In this document: positions 28,499-35,268 of the stretch, piece after piece | Layout: every line of letters starts with the position of its first letter | Position numbering within the stretch: position 1 is the first letter of the stretch | From: Betaproteobacteria bacterium | GTDB taxonomy: Bacteria; Pseudomonadota; Gammaproteobacteria; Burkholderiales; Eutrophovitaceae | DNA length: 64,000 bases | Assembly (NCBI GenBank): GCA_020346185.1 | Contig: CP070775.1 | Location: forward strand, 725,398-789,397 | Direction: 5' to 3' | The notes under the pieces: model-generated | The model's database searches: none | Told to the model about the DNA's origin: nothing | What the model saw: only the letters and a program-made list of their open reading frames with translations | Program-made: the position numbers and the translations under genes

Positions 28499-31054
28499 CT
28501 ACATATCGCGCCGGAAGACATGTGACCTCGAGGTCGCCAACCTGTCCCAACCGGGCTTGTGCTGCAGCTTTGTTTTCTTGATGTTGACTAGTATCGTGTT
28601 GTAGGCAAAGGCGCCGGCCGGGCTCGGTTCATCGAGTGTGAGGAAATCAGGGTTACCGGCGCGGTCGACGCCATTCTCGTCCAGATCCATCCAGGCCCCT
28701 TCATGCAGCACCGCGACGTTCGGCATGCATCGCTCGGTCACGTAGACCGGCACGACAACGCGTCCCCGGTCATTCCAAATTTCGACCACATCGCCGGTCT
28801 TCAAACCAAGTTCCCGCGCATTGGCCGCATTAATCGTCACCTCCTGCTCGTAGGTCTCACGCAACCACGAGCAGTTATTGAAGATCGAATGCGTGCGCCA
28901 GCGCGGGTGAGGCGTGACCAGGTGAAACGGAAACTGTTGCGCCTTTTCACTGTTCAGTGATTCAAACGGCTCGATCCATTTCGGAATTGCAGGTATCTCG
29001 TAACCAAACTGGGTTCTGGTCCAGTCTTTGACATTGGCAATCCGGCTCGAAAAGATCTCGATCTTGCCCGACTTGGTGCGAAACTTCTTGCCTTTTTCTA
29101 TCTGATCCTGAAAGGCGACAAACGGCCGTGACAGTTTGAACTTGTAAATGCCGTGCTGCTTGAATTCTTCCCAGGTCATGGTCACGCGCTGCTTGCCCAT
29201 CACCCGCTTCTCCCACCACTCGCTCAGGTAGGCTTCGTCGGTTTCATCGTTGTTCTCGAAATAATCACTCGTTGCCTTCGGGTTGTACCGGGCCCCAAAG
29301 CCGAGCTGGTTGGCAAGCTCGGTATAGATCTGAAAATCGGTCTTGCTCTCGCCCAGCGGCTCGATCACCTTGGGGCGGTGGATGTAGTAATGGCCCTTGT
29401 ACCAGGGCAGCGCCACATCATGACGCTCGAAATGGGTGGCCACCGGCAGCAGCACGTCAGCCCAAAGTCCCGATGGCGTGATGGTCGAATCCATACACAC
29501 CACCAGATCGAGTTTCTGGATGGCCTCGATCTCCTTGTTGATGTTGGTCAGCTGATTGAACCAGTCCGATCCCTGCCAGAAAATACCGCGGATATTGGGG
29601 ATGGTGCCGTCGAACTTGTCCGGCCGCGGCCACAGCCCGATCTCTTCACGACGCACATTCGGATAGTTAAGAACGCAATGCGCCCAACGATCCGATTTGA
29701 TCGCGGCAAACCAGATGTTGGCATTCTTGTCGTAGGGGTAGGCAATCGACTGGGCATGCCATGCCTTGCCGACGCCTTCCGCACTGCCGCCGAGAACGCC
29801 GACATTACCGGTCATTGACTGCAACGCAGCCGCCATGCGGCTGTACTGCTCGCCATAGGCGGCACGGCCAGGCGCCCATGATGCCTTGAGTGCTGCTGGC
29901 TTGGTCGTCGCGTACGTGCGAGCCAGTTTCTTGATGTCGTCCGCCTTGACGCCGCAAATCGGCTCGGCCCATTCCGGCGTTTTTGGCACACCGTCAGTTA
30001 CACCAAGAACGTAATCCTTGAAGTTCTCCTGGTCCTTTGCCCAGTCCGGCATGGTGCCAGCGTCCATGCCCTGGCAGAAGCGATCGATGAAGGGCTGGTC
30101 CTGAAGGTTGTTAACGAAAATGTAATGCGCCATTGCCGCCATCATCGCCGCGTCAGTATTGGGCTTAATGGGGATCCACCATGCGTCATAGGCAGCGGCA
30201 GAATCCGTGTACTGCGGATCGACCAGCACAAACTTGCAGCCGCGCTGCTTGGCAAGCCGCATGTAATAGAAGGTGTTGCCGCCATGAAAAGTGTAGGCCG
30301 GATTCCAGCCCCACATAATGATCAGTTTGCTGTGCGCAAAGGTATCGTCCTCATTGCCGTCCTGGATGGTGCCAAAGGTCATGCGCGAACTGAATGTTGT
30401 GCCCTGGTAAGACGGCACCGACCAGGAGTTGGTACGGCAGCCGAACATACCGAGGAAACGCGCTTGTAAGCCTTCGATCTGGTCCGATTTGTGTAGCACG
30501 CCCCAGGTGGCACCAGCATAGCTTTGATCGAGTATCGAGGTCGGACCATACTTGGTCTTTAACTCGATCATTTTTTCGGTGATAAAACCCAACGCCTCGT
30601 CCCACGACGCGCGCTTGAACTTGCCTTCGCCGCGTTTGCCGACGCGCATCATCGGATAGAGCAGGCGTTCGGCTGAGTAAATTCGCTGCCGGTACGAACG
30701 CCCGCGGAGGCAGGCGCGAACCTGCGGTTCTTCTTCGGTATCTTTGCCGTAGAAACCGTCCTTCTGATAACGCCCGTCGTCCGAGGACAGGCGGACGATG
30801 ACGTCGCCTTTCTTGTGCGCCACCAAAGCGTGGCGCGAACCGCAGTTGTGCGCGCAACTGGTGACCACCGTTTCCAGATCATCGTCTCGTGGGTAGGGTT
30901 CGTAGGGGAATGCCTGCGCCTTTCCGGTGGTACCGATATCCAGCAAACCGTTGATGGCAAGCGCGCCGGCACCGGCCGCGCTAGTTTTGACGAAAGTTCT
31001 TCGTGACTGGTCGATACGCTCGGCGAGAAACTTGAAGTCTCGAGGCTTGTTCAT
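28499..31054 (-). CDS. Tat-exported molybdopterin oxidoreductase catalytic (alpha) subunit, DmsA/YnfE-like; substrate unknown
   Basis: Tat motif SRRTFVKTSAAGAGALA. FS0 region TSCAHNCGSRHALVAH...RACLRGRS. Colinear with E. coli DmsA as I recall it (YPMMRVGKRGEGKFKRASWDEA, DPQYTDSAA, IPIKPNTDAA). 851 aa. Confidence 0.9.
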   Translation of the reverse strand: MNKPRDFKFLAERIDQSRRTFVKTSAAGAGALAINGLLDIGTTGKAQAFPYEPYPRDDDLETVVTSCAHNCGSRHALVAHKKGDVIVRLSSDDGRYQKDGFYGKDTEEEPQVRACLRGRSYRQRIYSAERLLYPMMRVGKRGEGKFKRASWDEALGFITEKMIELKTKYGPTSILDQSYAGATWGVLHKSDQIEGLQARFLGMFGCRTNSWSVPSYQGTTFSSRMTFGTIQDGNEDDTFAHSKLIIMWGWNPAYTFHGGNTFYYMRLAKQRGCKFVLVDPQYTDSAAAYDAWWIPIKPNTDAAMMAAMAHYIFVNNLQDQPFIDRFCQGMDAGTMPDWAKDQENFKDYVLGVTDGVPKTPEWAEPICGVKADDIKKLARTYATTKPAALKASWAPGRAAYGEQYSRMAAALQSMTGNVGVLGGSAEGVGKAWHAQSIAYPYDKNANIWFAAIKSDRWAHCVLNYPNVRREEIGLWPRPDKFDGTIPNIRGIFWQGSDWFNQLTNINKEIEAIQKLDLVVCMDSTITPSGLWADVLLPVATHFERHDVALPWYKGHYYIHRPKVIEPLGESKTDFQIYTELANQLGFGARYNPKATSDYFENNDETDEAYLSEWWEKRVMGKQRVTMTWEEFKQHGIYKFKLSRPFVAFQDQIEKGKKFRTKSGKIEIFSSRIANVKDWTRTQFGYEIPAIPKWIEPFESLNSEKAQQFPFHLVTPHPRWRTHSIFNNCSWLRETYEQEVTINAANARELGLKTGDVVEIWNDRGRVVVPVYVTERCMPNVAVLHEGAWMDLDENGVDRAGNPDFLTLDEPSPAGAFAYNTILVNIKKTKLQHKPGWDRLATSRSHVFRRDM

Positions 31055-31109
31055 ATTGTTTACCCTTGTAACTCTGACGAAAAGTCACGATTGGCTGACG
31101 CCGCGCCGA

Positions 31110-31877
31110 TTACTCGATCAGGAAACGCGGCTGCGATTCGGTGGACCGCTGCTCTGCCCAATTCGGTGTCTGCTCCGGCATCCCCGGCCATGCATGACGC
31201 GGATAGGGAAAGGCGATGCGATACCACGAGCGCCCTCCATGGCAGCCGTAGCAGAAGTCGCTGTTCTCCATTCCCGCTTTTTCAATCTCTGCCGCGTTCA
31301 GGAAATTCACCTGATGCCGCTCAGTGCGGATCGCCGCATGGCATAGCATGCAGTTGTTACCGAACATGTCTCTCGAGCTGTGCCAATCAGACGGCAAGCC
31401 CATGAGCTCATACGCAAACTGGCCATGACACATCAGGCAGGTGTCGGGATTGACCTGCTTGCGAAGTGTGAATGATTCGTTGGTGGATTCCGGCGGAATC
31501 GGTGCCTCCTCTCGCGGGTCGTGCCCCTGATGGCAGGTGTTGCACCGCATGTGCATCAAGCGTTGCGCCAACGGTGTGACCATGTGCCGGCGATGGAAGC
31601 TCTCCTGTTCGCCCTGGTAAGTAGTTAACGTTTGATACCAGGCCAACGACTCATCCGCCCGGATCCCGGCAGGCGATTGCGCGAGCGGCCTGTCATCCAG
31701 CACCTCCTGGTGACAGGCAAGACACTGCTCGTTCGTGGCGCTCTGTATGTGAGGTTGAAAGTGGATCGGATGCCAAACAGCCCCCAGGTAGTCGGCGGAC
31801 TCTTCCGCAAATGCCAAGTCCAGACCGGCACCGAGGATAAGCATTATTACCTGCACCAGGAGTTTCGACTTCAGCAT
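31110..31877 (-). CDS. Pentaheme c-type cytochrome with N-terminal signal/anchor
   Basis: Five CXXCH motifs (CLACH, CNTCH, CLMCH, CMLCH, CYGCH). N-terminal hydrophobic segment ending AFA-EE. It lacks the NapC/CymA CISCH-type N-terminus. Confidence 0.85.
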   Translation of the reverse strand: MLKSKLLVQVIMLILGAGLDLAFAEESADYLGAVWHPIHFQPHIQSATNEQCLACHQEVLDDRPLAQSPAGIRADESLAWYQTLTTYQGEQESFHRRHMVTPLAQRLMHMRCNTCHQGHDPREEAPIPPESTNESFTLRKQVNPDTCLMCHGQFAYELMGLPSDWHSSRDMFGNNCMLCHAAIRTERHQVNFLNAAEIEKAGMENSDFCYGCHGGRSWYRIAFPYPRHAWPGMPEQTPNWAEQRSTESQPRFLIE

Positions 31878-31889
31878 CGATTGACTCTC

Positions 31890-31922
31890 GAAGAAAAGCC
31901 CGGGGGGCCTTATGCCCCCCGG
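31890..31922 (-). terminator. Strong GC hairpin plus U-tract between the Met-rich gene and the cytochrome gene (intra-operon attenuator/terminator)
   Basis: Perfect 9-bp stem CCGGGGGGC / GCCCCCCGG (31900-31908 / 31914-31922) with a 5-nt loop. On the minus strand it is followed by GCTTTTCTTCG. Confidence 0.6.
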
Positions 31923-31963
31923 TGCCCACGAGTAAAAAAGTCTTGGGGCTCCGCTAGTAGCGG

Positions 31964-32557
31964 CTACTCACATGCTCCGCCCATGCCTGACATTCCGGAC
32001 ATACCAGGACCGCAATCCATACCACCGGACATACCCTCCATCGGCTCGTCCACACGAGCAGCAGGAGCGGTAGACGAGGGGTTCCCTTTGCAGGTACCGC
32101 CCATGCCAGCCATGCCCGACATGCCAGGCCCGCAATCCATTCCGGACATTTCCCCTTCGGGTTCGTACTGTCCGGACATACTGCCCATGCCGCCCATGCC
32201 ACCCATGCCTTGCTGGCTACCCATGCCGGATACCCCTTCCATCCCTGACATTCCGGACATGTCATCCATTGCCCGAGCATTCGGGTCATAGTCGCCGGAC
32301 ATGCCGCCCATACCACCCATGCCACCCATGCCTTGCTGGCTACCCATACCGGAGACGCCCTCCATTCCAGACATGCCCGTCATGTCGGGCAGATTCTCGG
32401 GCGCATTGGGATCGTAGCGCCCGGACATGCCACCCATGCCGCTCATCGCATCCATGCCGGCTTCCATGCCCTCAGGTTGAGCGCTCGCCACCCCGCTCAG
32501 CATCGTAAGCATTGCACCGAGACCAAGCGCCAGCGTGATCTTTGATGTCTGTTTCAT
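31964..32557 (-). CDS. Secreted Met/Gly/Ser-rich repetitive protein (36 Met in 197 aa) with two DCGPGMSGMxGMGGxC motifs
   Basis: GAGGAG RBS 8 nt upstream. Sec signal peptide ...LSGVASA-QP. The mature part is almost entirely GM/SGM repeats. First gene downstream of the FNR-type boxes and on the same strand as the operon. Confidence 0.8.
   Translation of the reverse strand: MKQTSKITLALGLGAMLTMLSGVASAQPEGMEAGMDAMSGMGGMSGRYDPNAPENLPDMTGMSGMEGVSGMGSQQGMGGMGGMGGMSGDYDPNARAMDDMSGMSGMEGVSGMGSQQGMGGMGGMGSMSGQYEPEGEMSGMDCGPGMSGMAGMGGTCKGNPSSTAPAARVDEPMEGMSGGMDCGPGMSGMSGMGGACE
32141..32386 (-). repeat. Intragenic tandem duplication (2 x ~123 bp) within the Met-rich gene
   Basis: Residues 58-98 and 99-139 are near-identical (D-M-[TS]-GMSGMEGVSGMGSQQGMGGMGGMG[GS]MSG-x-Y-[DE]-P). 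The DNA blocks around 32197-32270 and 32317-32390 align closely. Confidence 0.85.
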
Positions 32558-32743
32558 TCTTTTATCTCCTCTGCTTGTACAGTCTTATTAAGGTAACCGC
32601 CGTGTCTGCACGACCTCACTAAATCAGGCATGCTGACGGTGATGTACCACGCGCTTCAGGATTAACGCCTTCCCCCTCTGCTCGCACCAGCATTAACCAC
32701 ATAACTACACAAAGTCAAGATACTCGCTCGCGACAAATCGCAT

Positions 32744-32757
32744 TTGACGTGTATCAA
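32744..32757 (-). promoter_or_regulatory. FNR/CRP-family binding box, promoter-proximal
   Basis: TTGACGTGTATCAA against the FNR consensus TTGAT-N4-ATCAA (one mismatch). A TATCTT -10-like hexamer (32717-32722, minus strand) lies 21 nt downstream. That puts the box centre near -41.5, a class II architecture. Confidence 0.6.
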
Positions 32758-32775
32758 CCCGCGGCCAGTGGAGAT

Positions 32776-32789
32776 TTGACGTGTATCAA
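32776..32789 (-). promoter_or_regulatory. FNR/CRP-family binding box, distal (identical copy)
   Basis: An identical 16-mer ATTTGACGTGTATCAA is repeated 32 bp (about three helical turns) upstream of the proximal box. Confidence 0.55.
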
Positions 32790-32978
32790 TTCAAAATAGG
32801 CAAGAACGCCAACCGGGCACAACCTCAAGGAACACACATCACGACGCCGTTCTCTGCCGTTCTCCGACCAAACTTGTGAGGCTTTAACGCCCCGATAGCG
32901 CCGCCACTGTCGTTAACTTCGGTTCCTGCAAGAATAAAGGGCGCTCGGTAGCTTCGCTGCAATTCTGGAACGGGTCAC

Positions 32979-33293
32979 CTACTCCGGGCTCTTGCCGGCG
33001 TGCCGTTGATGCCAACCACGGATATCGTAGCGGCCGGTCATCCCCGGACGGTTGAATGGCGTATGCCAATTACCCTGGTCATCAAGGAAACGCAGGCTTG
33101 CAGGATAAGGCCGGGAGATGCCCGTCAAAGAGTAACGAAACCAATCGGAACCATGATCAACGCTGGTGATCACCGGGGCGCCTTCGGGGCGTTGCCAAGG
33201 CGTCAATCCGGCGCCAGCCTCGCCCGCCGCCGTCGCAGTGACCGAGTTAAACGTCAGCAGTCCTACCGAGAACCACAAGCTTCTATGCAACAT
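32979..33293 (-). CDS. Hypothetical small secreted protein (about 104 aa)
   Basis: Taking the internal ATG 33293 gives MLHRSLWFSVGLLTFNSVTATAAGE..., a signal-peptide-like N-terminus. The C-terminal block is WHTPFNRPGMTGRYDIRGWH. The RBS is weak and I recognise no family. Confidence 0.45.
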   Translation of the reverse strand: MLHRSLWFSVGLLTFNSVTATAAGEAGAGLTPWQRPEGAPVITSVDHGSDWFRYSLTGISRPYPASLRFLDDQGNWHTPFNRPGMTGRYDIRGWHQRHAGKSPE

Positions 33294-33637
33294 AACAATG
33301 GTATCCCACTGTCCACACCGGCACAGCTCAGCGCCGAAAAAGTTCACCTTCAATAAAACCACTCTTTGCAGCAAGCTTACCACTCGGAAAACGTGCCTCG
33401 AACGACTTTCTGTGCTCTTTTTGACCGAGCTCAAATTAGATCCTGAGCGTCACCCGCAAACGGGTCATGCAGAAGCTTCTAACCTGCTTACCCCTTTATC
33501 ATTTCGATTTCGCGGTTCGAAGGCTAAATTGGTTTCGTGCCTGCCGCAGTCCGAAGTAAGTCAGGCTCGAGGGCGATGTCACGGCGCCAGCAGCGACGCG
33601 GCAACACGGATAAGGAGCTTGCAACAGAAAAAAAACT

Positions 33638-33751
33638 ATGTCGAAGGCACAGGTTATTCAAGAACTCGGGGCGCCCGGGGTCAAGCAATGGCAGGACTGG
33701 CCGGTCCCCGACCCCGGAGCCGGTGAAGTCCGCCTGCGCCACACGGCAATT
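33638..33751 (+). pseudogene. N-terminal remnant (about 38 codons) of a quinone oxidoreductase / zinc-ADH-family gene
   Basis: MSKAQVIQELGAPGVKQWQDWPVPDPGAGEVRLRHTAI matches the Qor N-terminus. After HTAI the expected G(L/V)NF(I/L)D is replaced by unrelated sequence, and a stop follows. Confidence 0.55.
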
Positions 33752-33834
33752 CGAGAGCGGCAAAACAACGGGCGCCATGGATCTCATCCCCTAGCAGTTT
33801 GGTTGAATACAAACTGCGGCCATTTTTCTTGTTG

Positions 33835-33990
33835 CGCCGATTGCAGTGCCGCCTGCTCGCCTACTTCTCGCGCTAGTACGTGGAAGCTGTAGTTTCGACA
33901 TGACGTGCGCATCGCTCACGTGAGCCTTCACTGAAACCCGCGAAGCGGCTTTTCTCGTCTTGCGCACGCTTCGCCCAAAACGGGCCGTTC
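33835..33990. repeat. Family-2 repeat, long variant (related to the copy at 45165-45395)
   Basis: gattgcagtgccgcctgctcgcctacttctcgcgc...gtagtttcgacatgac aligns with gattgctgggtcacgtgctcgcttactcctcgcgc...gtcgtttcgacataac at 45200-45270. Confidence 0.5.
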
Positions 33991-34145
33991 CTTTCGCTCG
34001 GATGGCTCGCTAGGCTTTGCCATACGACCGGTCAGTGAGCGTGTTGCCAGCCGCTGTCAGTGGTCAGAGTGAGCGGCGCCCGATAGGCCCGATGTCTTGC
34101 CGGAACTGACAGCAGAAACGACTGGCAACACTGAATTCATAGCGC

Positions 34146-35180
34146 TCAGGAGAGCGCCACGCCCAGCATGCGACCGATCAGGAACGTCAGGGTACCGGCG
34201 CCAGCGCCGATCGCCAACATGCGCAGACCACCGAGAATGGCCCGGCGACCAATGAACAGGCTCAGCAACGCGCCTACGGAAAACAGCGCGATACCCGTCA
34301 TTGCGATTGACGCCGGGAGAGCGCCACGATGTCCAAGCGCCAGAAACGGCAACAATGGAATAAACGCACCACCAGCAAACGAAAGAAAAGACCACGTCGC
34401 GGCGCCGGACGGCGAGCCGAGCTCATCGGGATTGAGGCCGAGCTCTTCGCGCGCCAGCGCATCGAGTGCACGTTCAGGATCGGCAATGATGTCATGCGCC
34501 ATTCGCTCTGCAGTCTCGCGCGGGATGCCACGCGCTTCATAGATCAGCGCCAATTCGCCGGCTTCTTCTTGCGGGTACTGCTCGAGTTCATCAGCTTCAA
34601 GCCCGATTTGGTACTCGAACATTTCGCGCTGCGAACGTACCGACACGTACTCGCCGGCCGCCATTGAAAAAGCGCCGGCGAGCAAACCGGCGACTCCAGA
34701 CAATATGATGACATTGGCATCGGCTGCCGCGCCCGCGACACCGAGGATCAGGCTAGCGTTGGAGACCAGACCGTCATTGACCCCGAATACGCCGGCTCGC
34801 AAGTTACCGCCCCCCGACAGTCCTCGGTGGCGCCCTTCCGGGCCGGACGCGGCACCAGGAACAAAGTGGCGTGGGTCAGATACTGCGTACAGTGACATGC
34901 CACGCACTTTCATTGCGGTGAGCAGACTGCGCGTGGAGCGCGGTCCAAACTGCCGTGTGACCACCGCCACGATGCGGCTGCGCAAATCCGGCCTGTAACA
35001 TGACGGCGGCGTCGCGCCTTCTTTGCGGATACGATCAACCCAGATCTGCGCCTGGCCCTCGGCTTCAACCGCGAGCTGCTTGAACAGCCCTTCTCGGGCC
35101 GTGCCAGCCTCACATTCGGCAACCACGCGGTATAAATAGGCCGAACGCATTTCTTCTTTCCAACTTTCAAGGGCGTCCAT
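34146..35180 (-). CDS. mbfA: Erythrin-VIT1/CCC1 fusion (MbfA-like membrane-bound ferritin / iron-manganese exporter)
   Basis: N-terminal ferritin/rubrerythrin-like helices (EEMRSAYLYRVVAECE...LAVEAEGQAQIW). C-terminal VIT1 domain (GVNDGLVSNASLILGVAGA ... EYVSVRSQRE ... five TM). Confidence 0.8.
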   Translation of the reverse strand: MDALESWKEEMRSAYLYRVVAECEAGTAREGLFKQLAVEAEGQAQIWVDRIRKEGATPPSCYRPDLRSRIVAVVTRQFGPRSTRSLLTAMKVRGMSLYAVSDPRHFVPGAASGPEGRHRGLSGGGNLRAGVFGVNDGLVSNASLILGVAGAAADANVIILSGVAGLLAGAFSMAAGEYVSVRSQREMFEYQIGLEADELEQYPQEEAGELALIYEARGIPRETAERMAHDIIADPERALDALAREELGLNPDELGSPSGAATWSFLSFAGGAFIPLLPFLALGHRGALPASIAMTGIALFSVGALLSLFIGRRAILGGLRMLAIGAGAGTLTFLIGRMLGVALS

Positions 35181-35268
35181 GTATGCTGCCTTTTATCTTG
35201 TAGCGCCTCCTGCGCGGATGTATCGGCCGTTCAACCCCGATCTTGTCGCCCGCTCTCTGGAGCGCAAG

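Noticed and set aside
31632-32291. 219-aa Pro-rich plus-strand ORF (PDIPDIPGPQSIP...) opposite the Met-rich gene
   Set aside because: It is the mirror image of the ATG/GGC-rich repeats (CAT read as Pro/Met codons). It has no RBS or signal peptide, it overlaps the 5' end of the cytochrome gene, and it runs against the operon direction. It would need to be excluded experimentally.
32141-32440. Tandem ~120-bp repeats that could look like a repeat array or CRISPR
   Set aside because: The repeats are in-frame coding duplications inside the Met-rich gene. There are no unique spacers and no cas genes nearby.
25900-33300. Calling the molybdoenzyme locus a genomic island
   Set aside because: The only supporting evidence is the nearby qor remnant and repeats. 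I see no integrase, transposase, tRNA attachment site or flanking direct repeats, and I cannot compute composition statistics here. It is kept as a hypothesis inside a finding and not as a feature.
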